Shown here: piece by piece, positions 41,065 to 51,797 of the stretch
Numbering within the stretch: the stretch's first letter is position 1
Layout: every line of letters begins with the position of its first letter
NCBI GenBank assembly: GCA_029974275.1
Contig: JARKSN010000288.1
Coordinates: 1-64,000 of the forward strand
Source: Candidatus Hydrogenedentota bacterium
Lineage (GTDB): Bacteria; Hydrogenedentota; Hydrogenedentia; Hydrogenedentales; SLHB01
DNA length: 64,000 bases
Reading direction: 5' to 3'
Made by a program: the position numbers and the translations under genes
The notes under the pieces: model-generated
Database searches by the model: none
What the model was told of the DNA's origin: nothing
Seen by the model: only the letters and a program-made list of their open reading frames with translations

Positions 41065-43494
41065 TCACTCGAGATGCCGCTCGAAATTGAAGGTGGACGC
41101 GGCCGCTTCGGGATCCTCGGCGGCCAGCGCGCGGCGCATGGCGCGAAGCGGATCGGGGTCGAGCGTTAGATCGTATACCAGCGCGTACACGCCTTGCGCG
41201 CGCAAGCCGGAGACGTGCTTGCGCAGGTGGAACGGCTGTGCGGGGGTCACGGTGACGATGCCTTCGCGACGCTCGACCCGCACGCGCAAGCGAGGCGTCT
41301 GGAGCCGGTATTCGCCGTCGGGCGGCGCCGGAACGCGCGATTGAAACAACGGCGCGTGCCCGTACACGCACACGGCCGTCTGCGCCGGGGGCGCGCATCG
41401 AAGAAGCCCCGCAAGCCCTTCGGCGTCGCCTTCGATGCTGTACGTCACGACATCCGCGCCAAGTTCGCGCAGTTGCGCGTGACACGCCGCATTGAGACAC
41501 CCAATGCCCGGCGCGGTCATCACGAACAGATTGCGGCGTCCGGTTGCATGCAAGAGCTGAAAATGCGCCAGGTTCGACGCCTCGAACCGACGCAGACCCA
41601 GCGCGAGCGCCTGGCGGATCCGCTCGGCGGCATGCGCGCGATCATCCGTCGTAAACTGAAACGTCGGCAGCGCCAACACAAGCCGTTCGCGATGGCTGGA
41701 CGTGCGCGCAAAACGCCGGAACTCGTGATTCTCCACGTCGCGCAATGGCAGGACCACATCGCACCCCGCCCCCTCGTCGCCCAGCGAAGCCACGTCCGCG
41801 AACGCGTTCAGCCGTATCATGGTGCGCGTTTCGGCCGCAGGCGCCTCGTTCGCCGCCTGGCAGACCTCCTCCAAAACTGCGTCTCGCTGCCGATCCAGCG
41901 CATCCGTCAACTGCGCCAATGCACGATCGCGAAACGCCTCCCATTCGGTCATGCCAACGCGCACTTCCGGGTCCATCTCCGGCCCCACCCCAACGTCGAG
42001 GCGGACCGCAAACGCCTCGCTGCCCGTGCGCAACACGCGCAATGCGTCCTGTAACGGGATGGCGCCGGCCCACGTTTGCCGTTGATTCACGCGAAATGAC
42101 TCGGCGCCCGCGGTGACCTTCAGCGCAAGGTCGTTGCGCCCACCGGGGCTCAGCCACGCGGCAAACGCCGTCTTGGACCGCGCCGTTGCCTCGGCCCACT
42201 GCCGGTCGAACAGCCGCGCGGCGCCGCGTTCGACTGCGTCCGCATCCGCCGCCTTAATCACCCGAGAGCCCGCCGGAACGACAAACGGGGCTTCGAGCTC
42301 CACGCGCTGGCCCGCGTGGCATCGCTTGATGACGCGGTCTTCGAGACGCAGATCGCGCACGACGAATCCGCGCGGGGCCTCGTTCGGCCTTATCTGCACG
42401 CGCAAACGGTCTCCCGCTTTCACGGGCGCGCTCGGAATCAGCCCAAACCGTCCATGCTTGCCAGGCAGCGCTTCGCCCAGCGCCCGGCCGCTCTGCGTCT
42501 CGGCGGGGTCGCCCAGGATATGCGCCGGCTCCGCGGACACATAGAAACCGGCGCTTCGTTCACGCCCCACCGCGCGATCGAAACAGCGCTTTGCTTCGTC
42601 GATGATCTCCGCGGTGATTCTCGGATATGCGTCAACCAAGAGGCGATACGCCCGAACCGTCTGCGCGATGGTCTCCGCGGGCTTCAGGCGGCCTTCGATT
42701 TTGAAGGAGCGGATGCCGCAGGGAATGAGTTGCTCCAAAACCGGACCGGCATTCAAGTCGCGCATGGAAAAAAGCGCCTGCTCGTTTCCCGCCTCCCCGT
42801 TTCCTGTCGCGAAAGCGCGCCGGCATGGCTGCATGCAGCGCCCGCGGTTTGCGCTTCTGCCGTGCGCGTAGCTGCTGAACAGACACTGACCCGAAATCGA
42901 GTAGCAGTGCGCCCCGTGAACGAAGGTTTCGAGTTCGATGGTGCACGACGCGCGGATGTTCCGGATTTCGTCCAAGGTGAGCTCGCGCGCGAGGATGACG
43001 CGTTCCAACCCCATCCGTTGCGCCTGCAACGCGCCGTCGAGATTATGAATGGTCATCTGCGTCGACGCATGCAGCGGCATTTCCGGAGCCAGTTTTCGCG
43101 CAAGGCGGTAGACGCCGAGGTCCTGAACGATCAGCGCGTCCGGTTGGATGCGGCGCAAGGCGTCGAGCGTCCGCACAAGCTCGGGCAACTCATCTTGGCG
43201 GACGAGCGTGTTGAGCGTCACGTACAGCCGCCGCCCTTGCGCATGCGCAAACGCCGTCATGCGCGCGATATCGTCCATCGAGAAATTGGCTGCCCGCAAC
43301 CGTGCATTGAAATTTTGCGCGCCAACGTACACCGCGTCCGCGCCTGCGGCAAGCGCGGCGAAGAAGGTCTCGATGCGCCCCGCCGGAGCGAGCAATTCCG
43401 GCTTGGCGCCCGATTTCCATGCAGCCAGACGCGCCTTGCGCGGCAACAACGGGGCCACGGGACGCCGACGATCTGGGGAAGAGTGCGATGCCAT
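41065..43494 (-). CDS. U32 peptidase-family Fe-S RNA hydroxylase (RlhA-like)
   Basis: PELLAPAG, GADAVYVG, HASTQ, LAREL, CYSISGQC..NRGRCMQPCR, KIEGR; long form. Confidence 0.9.
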   Translation of the reverse strand: MASHSSPDRRRPVAPLLPRKARLAAWKSGAKPELLAPAGRIETFFAALAAGADAVYVGAQNFNARLRAANFSMDDIARMTAFAHAQGRRLYVTLNTLVRQDELPELVRTLDALRRIQPDALIVQDLGVYRLARKLAPEMPLHASTQMTIHNLDGALQAQRMGLERVILARELTLDEIRNIRASCTIELETFVHGAHCYSISGQCLFSSYAHGRSANRGRCMQPCRRAFATGNGEAGNEQALFSMRDLNAGPVLEQLIPCGIRSFKIEGRLKPAETIAQTVRAYRLLVDAYPRITAEIIDEAKRCFDRAVGRERSAGFYVSAEPAHILGDPAETQSGRALGEALPGKHGRFGLIPSAPVKAGDRLRVQIRPNEAPRGFVVRDLRLEDRVIKRCHAGQRVELEAPFVVPAGSRVIKAADADAVERGAARLFDRQWAEATARSKTAFAAWLSPGGRNDLALKVTAGAESFRVNQRQTWAGAIPLQDALRVLRTGSEAFAVRLDVGVGPEMDPEVRVGMTEWEAFRDRALAQLTDALDRQRDAVLEEVCQAANEAPAAETRTMIRLNAFADVASLGDEGAGCDVVLPLRDVENHEFRRFARTSSHRERLVLALPTFQFTTDDRAHAAERIRQALALGLRRFEASNLAHFQLLHATGRRNLFVMTAPGIGCLNAACHAQLRELGADVVTYSIEGDAEGLAGLLRCAPPAQTAVCVYGHAPLFQSRVPAPPDGEYRLQTPRLRVRVERREGIVTVTPAQPFHLRKHVSGLRAQGVYALVYDLTLDPDPLRAMRRALAAEDPEAAASTFNFERHLE

Positions 43495-43552
43495 GCCGAT
43501 GGGCTCCTCTCAACCGATCAGCCGAAACAATGTGCGCGGCGGAATGGCGATC

Positions 43553-43966
43553 CTATTCGGCGGCGGATGGAGCAGGCGCGCCCGAAACGGACGGCTTGAC
43601 TTGGCCGGGCGCCTTCATGGTGCAACGGCCCTCGAAAACGACGCCCTCGTCAATGCTGAGACGCGGGGCGGTGATGGTGATATCTCCGATAAGCTTGCCT
43701 TTGGACGATATCTCGAGACGTTCATGGGCGAAAACGTTGCCCTCCACCTCGCCGCTAATGGCGATCTGGCCGGCGACAAGATCGGCCTTGACCTTGCCGG
43801 TTTCCTGGATCACGATGGAGTCATCGCAGTGGATGCAGCCGGAAACGGATCCTTCCACGCGGATCGTGCCGGTGGATTTGACTTCGCCGACCACGGTCGT
43901 GCCCTGACCGATAATGGTGACGACTTTCGTCTCGCTGTAATTTCGTTTTCGTCCTGAATCGAGCAT
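43553..43966 (-). CDS. Bactofilin (polymer-forming cytoskeletal protein)
   Basis: TIIGQGTTVVGEV..IRVEGSVSG..GVVFEGRC beta-helix repeats. Confidence 0.93.
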   Translation of the reverse strand: MLDSGRKRNYSETKVVTIIGQGTTVVGEVKSTGTIRVEGSVSGCIHCDDSIVIQETGKVKADLVAGQIAISGEVEGNVFAHERLEISSKGKLIGDITITAPRLSIDEGVVFEGRCTMKAPGQVKPSVSGAPAPSAAE

Positions 43967-44061
43967 GGCGCGTTTCCTCTAATGAAGCGCCCCCAATCCG
44001 GATTGGGGGCGACGTCGAGGGGCATGATACCTTAGATGGACCGCCCGGCGCTAGTAAGGCC

Positions 44062-45081
44062 TTAGTTGCCCAGATAATTTTCCGGATCAACCGCGACGCC
44101 GCTGAGGCGCACTTCGTAGTGACAGTGATTTCCGGTGCTGCGGCCCGTGCTTCCCACCAAGCCGATCACGTCGCCGCGCCCCACTTCCTGCCCCGGCTTG
44201 GCAAGACGCTCGCTCATGTGACCGTACAACGTCTCGAATCCGTCTCCGTGACGGATAACCACAACATTGCCGTAGTCGCCGTCGTAGGCGGACGTGACGA
44301 CGACGCCGCGCGCGACGGCATAAATCTTGGTCCCGTACGGCGCGCGAATATCGAGGCCTTCATGCCGCGAAAGCCGATGCGTGAACGGATCGAAACGCAG
44401 GCCGAACCCCGAACTGATCTGGCGTTGGCGGCTGAGAACGGGCCAGCCAAGCGGCGTGCGTTCGATCCGATCGCGCTTGGCGTCCATCGCGGTCAACAAC
44501 TCGCGCAAACTCTCCGTGCGCAGATTGATTTCCTGAATGATGAGATCCGCCGGGGGCCGGGAAAGACCGTAGATAAGCTGCGGCGGCCCCATCATATCGT
44601 CCGATGCCGTCTGCGCCGGCAACGGACCGCCGCCGTCCAACGGACCGCCCTTGCCGTTGTTCTCTTTCCCGGGAGTCATGTTCATCATGACGCCGTACGG
44701 ATGCTTGATCTTGGGCGGAAGCTTCTGCACCCGGCGAATGCTATCCTCCAAATCGCGCAATTCGCTCAATTCGCGAGCAACCACCGCATTCTGCTCTTCG
44801 TACTCGGCCCGGACCCGGCGCTCGATTTCCGCGCGTTCTTCGTCGGTGAGACCCGTCGTTGTCGCAGGCGCTTCGGAGCGCGCCCGAGCCAATTCGTGAT
44901 TGCTCTTTTCCAGAATGCGCGCATGCGTCTGCGCCGCTTGAAACCATTGGAAGAAAAACGCCGACGTAAACGCCAGCCCGAGGAGAATGACAATGAATAG
45001 CCACAGTTGAAACGAGTACAAGTGGAGCGTTCGCGTAACCCCTTGGCCTTGGGGGACGAGCATGACGGTCCATTTCTTCAT
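44062..45081 (-). CDS. M23 family peptidoglycan endopeptidase
   Basis: N-terminal TM, coiled coil, HEGLD, YGHMS, STGRSTGNHCHYEV. Confidence 0.95.
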   Translation of the reverse strand: MKKWTVMLVPQGQGVTRTLHLYSFQLWLFIVILLGLAFTSAFFFQWFQAAQTHARILEKSNHELARARSEAPATTTGLTDEERAEIERRVRAEYEEQNAVVARELSELRDLEDSIRRVQKLPPKIKHPYGVMMNMTPGKENNGKGGPLDGGGPLPAQTASDDMMGPPQLIYGLSRPPADLIIQEINLRTESLRELLTAMDAKRDRIERTPLGWPVLSRQRQISSGFGLRFDPFTHRLSRHEGLDIRAPYGTKIYAVARGVVVTSAYDGDYGNVVVIRHGDGFETLYGHMSERLAKPGQEVGRGDVIGLVGSTGRSTGNHCHYEVRLSGVAVDPENYLGN

Positions 45082-45371
45082 CGTAGGCGGTCTCTCCAGG
45101 AGCGCCGCTCCTCGCGGGGAAACTATCCGGGCTCCGGATAGACTTCTTTCGGACCCATCCGCGCGGAACGGCGCTTGCCCTTCCTATACGACAGGTTCCC
45201 GAACTCCCCCTCGAGGCACAAACTTCTATACCAGAAGTTCCCCGATGGCGCTCCTTTGTCGGCACATCCAAAGCCGCACCTTGGACATGCTTTCCTTCCA
45301 CGTTGGAAGAACGACAGGTGCTCTTGTCTTTATACCTGCATCGCGTCTTGGGTTCCCGCCCAAGACGCCGG

Positions 45372-45400
45372 ACTATACCACGACCTCGCGCTCAAGTCAA
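45372..45400 (-). promoter_or_regulatory. sigma70 promoter upstream of M23-bactofilin
   Basis: Minus strand TTGACT-17 nt-TATAGT with extended TG; AT-rich tract further upstream (45417-45458). Confidence 0.7.
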
Positions 45401-45482
45401 CCCCAAAAGCGCTTATATGTAATGAAATAATAGCAATAATTGAAATAATTTATTTTTTGCGGCCTATACAATACGGATGTAT

Positions 45483-46058
45483 TCAGCTTTTCGCGGGCGT
45501 CATGCTATCGGAAAAGCCTGTAACGAACATTTCCACGAAATGCTCGGGGCGTTTGTCTGGATAGCGCCGCCGGTTGAAGACCTCGACCAACCGCGCATAG
45601 TCTTCCTGGTGCGCGGAATCCGCCGTATACAACGCATACAACGGCCCTGTCTCGTAGAGACCGTCCCGATGCCGGGGACAGCCCACATCCGTATGAAGAC
45701 TGAACGCCTTGAATGCGCCCGCGCGCGTTTCGTGCAGCTTGAACGGATACAAGCGGCACAAGATGGGGCGCGCCTCGTAGGCGGTGCAAAATCGCGTCTT
45801 CGGGTGCAAAAAGTAGCATCCCTTTTTACCGCGCCGCAATGCCATGATATAGCGCTTCCCCTGGCAATCGAGCCACGTCGGGTCGCTCTTGTTGACGCCG
45901 GTGACATCTTCCGGAGTCAAAAACGCCAAAAAGGCATAGGGGTTTTGGCCGGTCTGCTTGACGATGCGGATGACGTCCCACGGGGTGGGCAGACACACCA
46001 CATCGGTGCAACAGTGGCCGCAGTGATGACAGCGAAAATGGACGGTATGCGTTCCCAT
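45483..46058 (-). CDS. YkgJ family CxxCxxCC cysteine-cluster protein
   Basis: FRCHHCGHCC, GCYFL, CTAYEARPILCRLYPF. Confidence 0.9.
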   Translation of the reverse strand: MGTHTVHFRCHHCGHCCTDVVCLPTPWDVIRIVKQTGQNPYAFLAFLTPEDVTGVNKSDPTWLDCQGKRYIMALRRGKKGCYFLHPKTRFCTAYEARPILCRLYPFKLHETRAGAFKAFSLHTDVGCPRHRDGLYETGPLYALYTADSAHQEDYARLVEVFNRRRYPDKRPEHFVEMFVTGFSDSMTPAKS

Positions 46059-46607
46059 GGCGCCAAACGATACCGGTTTTGACTTCGCGGCGCAAGAGAA
46101 ATGTGCAGGACCGGGGCGCGGCAGGCAAGGGGGCTTTTATTGCTCCCGAAGGTTCGGTATACTCGGCAGGTTCGTGCGTGGGGGCCGTTGCCCGCGATGA
46201 AACGTTTGCCGAAGACAGAGGTCTCGCGGAACATCGTGTTGGAGCAAATCGCTCCCGCTGCGCCCCAATGCTTGAACGGGAGCGCATCCAGGTCGTCCGT
46301 CCGAGCAATGCGAAAAATGCGCGATTGCCTCGCTGTAGGGGCCGCAGGAGCCAATAAGCATCCCGGAGCGGGTTTCCCCGCGAGCAGGGCGGGCAAGTCG
46401 CGCTTTCCAGGCCAGGCCTCTGGAAATCCTTCCTTTTCCTGCGGTTATGGAGGGAATGCCGACGGTTGATCGCTTGTTGCCCCTATGCGCACGATCGTAT
46501 CAAAAAGCGCGGGCGAGGAAAGGGAAACCGCCCCTCCGGGAGATGTTTCGCCGGGAACAAGGATAAGCGGAGTCTACACCCCCCCCAAAAGGAAGTAGAG
46601 GTAGTCC

Positions 46608-48146
46608 ATGCCGTCCGTTGCGGGTTCAAATCAAGAGAACGCCGATGCGCGCGCCCAAAAGCCGCCTTCGGGAAACGACACGTACTCCGGAACGCGCGTG
46701 GAGCAGAGCACGCGCGAACTCGAGGAGCTTGCCAATCAGCAGTACAAGCACGGTTGGGTGACGGAGATTGAGCAGGACGTTATCGAGCGCGGTTTGACGG
46801 AGGACACGGTTCGGCTAATTTCTGCCAAAAAGGAAGAACCGGAGTGGTTGCTCGAGTGGCGGTTGAAGGCGTTCCGGCATTGGCAGACGATGACCGAACC
46901 GACGTGGGCGAATGTCCACTATCCCGCCATCGACTACCAGCATCAGCGCTACTACGCTGCGCCGAAGCGCAAGGCCGCGCCGCTGAGCAGTCTCGATGAC
47001 GTCGACCAAAAACTGCTCCAGACGTTCGACAAACTGGGCATTCCGCTGGAGGAACAAAAACGGTTGTCGGGCGTGGCGGTCGACGCGGTGTTCGACAGCG
47101 TGTCCGTTGCCACGACCCACAAGGACATCCTTGCGAAAAAGGGGATTATCTTCTGTTCCTTCTCCGAAGCCGTGAAGGAACATCCGGACTTGGTGCGCGA
47201 GCATCTGGGATCGGTGGTGCCGTATGCCGACAATTTTTTCGCGGCGTTGAACTCGGCTGTCTTCAGCGACGGATCGTTCTGTTTCGTGCCGAAGGGCGTA
47301 AAGTGCCCGATGGATTTGTCCACGTATTTCCGCATCAACGCTGCGGAGACCGGTCAGTTCGAGCGCACGCTCATCGTCGCCGCGGAGGGCGCTTCGGTGA
47401 ACTACCTTGAAGGCTGCACGGCGCCGCAACGCGACGAGAATCAATTGCACGCGGCGGTCGTCGAGTTGGTCGCGCTGGACGATGCGACGATCAACTACTC
47501 GACCGTGCAGAACTGGTATGCGGGCGATAGGGACGGCAAGGGCGGCATCTACAATTTCGTGACGAAGCGCGGCAAGTGCGCCGGGCGCAATTCACATATC
47601 TCGTGGACGCAGGTGGAGACGGGTTCCGCGATCACCTGGAAATACCCCGGCTGCCTCCTGCAGGGCGAGAACTCGATTGGCGAATTTTATTCGGTGGCGT
47701 TGAGCACGAATTACCAACAGGCCGACACCGGCACGAAGATGATCCATCTCGGCGCGAACACGCGCAGCACGGTGATCTCGAAAACCATCTCTGCGCGCAA
47801 CGGCAACAACAGCTACCGCGGCCAGATCAAGGTCATGCCGAAGGCCCACAACGCGCGCAACTACACGCAATGCGATTCGCTCCTCATCGGCGATCAATGC
47901 GGCGCGCACACGTTCCCGTATATCGAGGTGAAAAACCCGACGGCGCATGTAGAACACGAGGCCTCGACCTCAAAGATCAGCGAAGACCAATTGTTCTACT
48001 GCAAGCAACGCGGCATCAGCCAAGAAGACGCGATATCGATGGTGATTAACGGTTTTTGCAAAGAAGTGTTCGAGCACCTGCCGATGGAGTTTGCCGTCGA
48101 AGCCACCAAGTTGCTCGGAGTCAGTCTGGAAGGGAGTGTCGGCTAA
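46608..48146 (+). CDS. sufB: Fe-S assembly protein SufB
   Basis: [37 protein letters not shown]. Confidence 0.98.
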   Translation: MPSVAGSNQENADARAQKPPSGNDTYSGTRVEQSTRELEELANQQYKHGWVTEIEQDVIERGLTEDTVRLISAKKEEPEWLLEWRLKAFRHWQTMTEPTWANVHYPAIDYQHQRYYAAPKRKAAPLSSLDDVDQKLLQTFDKLGIPLEEQKRLSGVAVDAVFDSVSVATTHKDILAKKGIIFCSFSEAVKEHPDLVREHLGSVVPYADNFFAALNSAVFSDGSFCFVPKGVKCPMDLSTYFRINAAETGQFERTLIVAAEGASVNYLEGCTAPQRDENQLHAAVVELVALDDATINYSTVQNWYAGDRDGKGGIYNFVTKRGKCAGRNSHISWTQVETGSAITWKYPGCLLQGENSIGEFYSVALSTNYQQADTGTKMIHLGANTRSTVISKTISARNGNNSYRGQIKVMPKAHNARNYTQCDSLLIGDQCGAHTFPYIEVKNPTAHVEHEASTSKISEDQLFYCKQRGISQEDAISMVINGFCKEVFEHLPMEFAVEATKLLGVSLEGSVG

Positions 48147-48901
48147 TGCTTGAAATCAAGAACTTGCATGCGACCGTCGAAGGAAACGAAATCCTGCGCG
48201 GCGTCAACCTCACCGTGAACGCGGGCGAGACGCACGCCATCATGGGGCCGAACGGTTCGGGCAAGAGCACGCTTGCGGGCGTGCTGGCCGGCAACGAGGC
48301 GTATGACGTGACCGACGGCAGCGTGTCGTTTTTGGGCCGCGACCTGCTCGAACTGCCCGCGGAAGAGCGCGCGCGGTTGGGGTTGTTTCTGGCGTTTCAG
48401 TATCCCGTGGAGATTCCGGGCATTTCGAATGCCTATTTCCTGCAGGCGGCGCTGAATGAGATTCGCAAGAGCAATGGCCTCGACGAACTCGACGCAATGG
48501 AGTTCCGCGAGTTTCTTGAAGAGAAGATGGACTTCGTCAAAATAGACAGGAAATTCGCGGATCGCCCCGTGAATGAGGGTTTTTCCGGCGGCGAGAAGAA
48601 GCGCAACGAGATCTTGCAGATGGCCGTGCTGGAACCGAAACTGGCGATCCTCGACGAGACGGATTCCGGGCTCGACATCGACGCGCTGCGCATCGTGTCC
48701 GAAGGCGTGAACAAGTTGCGCTCGGAAAACCGCGCCGTCGTGATGGTGACGCACTATCAGCGGTTGCTGAGCTATATCGTGCCGGATTTTGTCCACGTGC
48801 TGTACAAAGGACGGATCGTCAAGTCCGGCGGGAAGGATCTGGCCCTCGAACTTGAAGAAAAGGGCTACGATTGGATCAAAGAAGAAGTCGCGGCAGTTTG
48901 A
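48146..48901 (+). CDS. sufC: Fe-S assembly ATPase SufC
   Basis: [37 protein letters not shown]. Confidence 0.98.
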   Translation: MLEIKNLHATVEGNEILRGVNLTVNAGETHAIMGPNGSGKSTLAGVLAGNEAYDVTDGSVSFLGRDLLELPAEERARLGLFLAFQYPVEIPGISNAYFLQAALNEIRKSNGLDELDAMEFREFLEEKMDFVKIDRKFADRPVNEGFSGGEKKRNEILQMAVLEPKLAILDETDSGLDIDALRIVSEGVNKLRSENRAVVMVTHYQRLLSYIVPDFVHVLYKGRIVKSGGKDLALELEEKGYDWIKEEVAAV

Positions 48902-48902
48902 C

Positions 48903-48995
48903 TTCTTCTCTGCGACCTTAGCGCGCTCTGCGACTCTGCGTTCAAAAATCTCAACGCAGAGATGCAGAGAACGCAAAGGCCGCAGAGGGAAGAAT
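48903..48995. repeat. ORF-less CGCAGAG-type hairpin (GxxExxY-associated repeat family)
   Basis: CTCTGCG x3 / CGCAGAG-like x4 arms; ACGCAGAGATGCAGAGAACGC (48954-48974) is identical to 7262-7282. Confidence 0.85.
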
Positions 48996-49036
48996 CTGTT
49001 GTTGTATTCTTCTCCATGATTTCTTGGAGTTTATAC

Positions 49037-50362
49037 ATGACCGAAGTGAAGAATCCCGAGCAAAAACAAGCGTATCTCACGGCCATTAATGCCCTGGCGC
49101 AGACACAAGCGCCAGAGTGGGCGGGGGCGTTGCGCAGGAGCGGTGCGGAACGTTTTGCCGAGTTGCCGTTCCCGGATCGACGGCAGGAAGAGTGGCGCTT
49201 CACCAACATCGCGCCCATCCTGAAGATGCCGTTCGCGCCCGTTGCGGCAAGCGCGCCATCGATTGGCAACGGCGACATTGCCCCGTTCTTGTATCACGAA
49301 GCAGCTTGGGCGGAATTGGTCTTTGTAGACGGCCGTTACAACGCCGCGTTGTCGCGCACGGTCTCGCTGCCGAAGGGCATGTACGCCGGAAGTCTGGCCG
49401 AGGCGATCCGCGACGAACATCCTGTCGCAAAAGAACACCTGGGTCACTACGCGGGGAATGGCGTGTCGACCGTCTTTACCGCTCTGAACACCGCATTGTT
49501 TCAAGACGGCGCGTTTGTCTACGCGCCGAAGGGCGTCGCCCTCGAAGCGCCGGTGCATCTTGTGTTTGTAGCGACTTCGGCGGCGGCGGGCAAGACGGCG
49601 AACCCGCGCAATTTGATCGTCTTGGACGAATCCGCCGAACTGAAGCTGATCGAGAGCTGCGTGTCGGCCGTGAACGACGCCGCCTATTTCGCCAACGCCG
49701 TAACCGAGACCTCGATCGGGGAGAACGCCGCGCTCTATCGCGTCAAGTTCGTCGATGAAGCGCCGAATGCCTTCCATCTGGCCACGGCACGCGTGCGCCA
49801 GGCTCGGAACAGCCGCTACACGTCCTATGTGTTTACCGCTGGCGGACGTATTGTGCGCAACGAGGACAAGGCATTGCTCGACGGCGAGGGCGCGGACTGT
49901 TCGCTGAACGGGCTCTACATGACCGACGGTTCGATGCTGGCCGACAACGCGACCGGCATCGATCATGCCAAGCCGCATTGCACCAGTTGGATTGGCTACA
50001 AGGGCATTCTCGCCGATGCGAGCGCCGGCGTGTTCAGCGGCGGCATCCGGGTGCAGCGCGGAGCCCAGAAGACGAGTTCGCAGCAGCTCAACCGCAATCT
50101 GCTGCTATCGGACAAGGCGACGGTCGACACGAAACCCTTGCTGGAGATTTTCGCCGACGACGTGAAATGCACGCACGGCGCGACCATCGGCCAGCCGCCG
50201 AAGGAGCTGGTGTATTATTTCCAGACGCGCGGGATGAGCCCCGAAACCGCACGCGGCATCTTGACCTATGGCTTCGCGGACGAAATCGTCGCGCAGCTAA
50301 CGATGGAGCCGGTGCGTGCACGGTTGGATCGCTTGGTGTTTGACAAGTACAGCCCAAAATGA
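49037..50362 (+). CDS. sufD: Fe-S assembly protein SufD
   Basis: EEWRFT, FTALNTA, KPLLEIFADDVKCTHGAT. Confidence 0.96.
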   Translation: MTEVKNPEQKQAYLTAINALAQTQAPEWAGALRRSGAERFAELPFPDRRQEEWRFTNIAPILKMPFAPVAASAPSIGNGDIAPFLYHEAAWAELVFVDGRYNAALSRTVSLPKGMYAGSLAEAIRDEHPVAKEHLGHYAGNGVSTVFTALNTALFQDGAFVYAPKGVALEAPVHLVFVATSAAAGKTANPRNLIVLDESAELKLIESCVSAVNDAAYFANAVTETSIGENAALYRVKFVDEAPNAFHLATARVRQARNSRYTSYVFTAGGRIVRNEDKALLDGEGADCSLNGLYMTDGSMLADNATGIDHAKPHCTSWIGYKGILADASAGVFSGGIRVQRGAQKTSSQQLNRNLLLSDKATVDTKPLLEIFADDVKCTHGATIGQPPKELVYYFQTRGMSPETARGILTYGFADEIVAQLTMEPVRARLDRLVFDKYSPK

Positions 50363-50399
50363 ACGATGATACGCGGCTGTTAGAAATGAAAGAACGGAT

Positions 50400-50554
50400 T
50401 TAACACAAAGACACAAAGGATGAAAGAATTGGACGCAGAGGCCGCAGAGAAAGTTAAATGACTTTCATCTGTGTTTATCTGTGTGATCTGTAATTGATTT
50501 CTTCCTCTTCCCTTTGTGAGTCTCTGTGTCCTTTGTGCCTTTGTGGTGAATCTT
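50400..50554. repeat. CACAAAG/CGCAGAG-type palindromic repeat between sufD and sufS
   Basis: ACACAAAGACACAAAGGA ... TCCTTTGTGCCTTTGTGGTGAATCTT; reverse complement of the right end matches AAGATTCACCACAAAGAC at ~7158; AT-richer than the flanks. Confidence 0.8.
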
Positions 50555-50573
50555 AAAAACGAAAGGTGTTGCC

Positions 50574-51797
50574 TTGACGGAATTGGATGTCGAGCGCATT
50601 CGCAAAGACTTCCCCGCGTTGCATCTGACCGTGGGCGGAAAGTCATTGGTCTATCTTGATAACGCCGCGACGAGTCAGAAGCCGCAGGCGGTCATTGACG
50701 CGGTGACGCGGTACTACGCCGAACAGAACGCGAATGTGCATCGCGGCGTGCATTACTTGAGCGAGCTTGCGACAGATCTCTATGAGAAGTCTCGCAAGAA
50801 GGTCCAGAAATTTCTCAATGCCCCGTTGACGTGCGAGATCATTTTTACTCGCGGCGCGACAGAGGGCATCAATCTTGTCGCGCAGACTTACGGCCGCGCC
50901 CATGTCGGCGCAGGCGATGAAGTCCTGATCTCCGCGATGGAACACCATAGCAACATCGTGCCGTGGCAGATGCTGTGCGAGGAAAAAGGCGCAACGTTGC
51001 GCGTGATTCCGATGAACGACGCGGGCGAATTGCTGGTCGAGGAATTTGAGAAGCTGCTCACCCCACGCACGAAGATGGTGGGCCTTTCGCATGTCTCGAA
51101 CGCATTGGGCACGGTTAATCCGGTCAAGAAAATGATCGCGATGGCGCACGCCAATGGAACCCCGGTGTTGGTGGATGGCGCGCAGTCGGCCCCGCACGTG
51201 CCGATCGATGTCCAAGATATCGATTGCGACTTCTTCGTCTGTTCGGGGCACAAAATGTGCGGCCCGACCGGCATCGGCGTTTTGTTTGGCAAGGCGCCTC
51301 GGCTGGATGCCATGCCGCCGTATCAAGGCGGCGGCGACATGATTTTGTCGGTGACCTTCGAGAAGACGATATTCAATTCGCTGCCGTACAAATTCGAGGC
51401 AGGCACGCCGCACATCGAAGGCGCGATCGGGCTCGGCGTCGCGGTGGATTATCTCGCCGAACTCGGGATGGAGCGGATTGCGAAGTGGGAGGACGAACTC
51501 CTCGAATACGGCACGCGCCTGTTGTCGAACATCGACGGCGTTCGACGTATCGGCACAGCGCCTCACAGAGCGGCGGTGTTATCGTTTACAATGGACTGTG
51601 CGCACCCGCATGACATTGGACAGATATTCAGCGACAACGGCGTGGCCATTCGCGCGGGGCACCATTGTGCACAACCGGTGATGCAGCGTTTTGGCGTGCC
51701 GGCGACCGCGCGTATTTCGCTTGCGTTTTACAATACCAAGGCTGATCTTGACGCCGCCGCCGCGGCGGCGGAAGCAGTAAAGAAGGTGTTTGACTGA
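50574..51797 (+). CDS. sufS: Cysteine desulfurase SufS
   Basis: YLDNAATSQKP, SGHKM (PLP Lys), RAGHHCAQP; TTG start. Confidence 0.97.
   Translation: MTELDVERIRKDFPALHLTVGGKSLVYLDNAATSQKPQAVIDAVTRYYAEQNANVHRGVHYLSELATDLYEKSRKKVQKFLNAPLTCEIIFTRGATEGINLVAQTYGRAHVGAGDEVLISAMEHHSNIVPWQMLCEEKGATLRVIPMNDAGELLVEEFEKLLTPRTKMVGLSHVSNALGTVNPVKKMIAMAHANGTPVLVDGAQSAPHVPIDVQDIDCDFFVCSGHKMCGPTGIGVLFGKAPRLDAMPPYQGGGDMILSVTFEKTIFNSLPYKFEAGTPHIEGAIGLGVAVDYLAELGMERIAKWEDELLEYGTRLLSNIDGVRRIGTAPHRAAVLSFTMDCAHPHDIGQIFSDNGVAIRAGHHCAQPVMQRFGVPATARISLAFYNTKADLDAAAAAAEAVKKVFD

Noticed and set aside
45417..45458. Fur-box-like AT-rich tract
   Set aside because: Poor match to the 19-bp palindrome; better explained as an UP element or nucleoid-protein site of the M23 promoter.
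46060..46607. Regulatory RNA or small gene upstream of sufB
   Set aside because: No recognisable riboswitch, operator palindrome or credible ORF.
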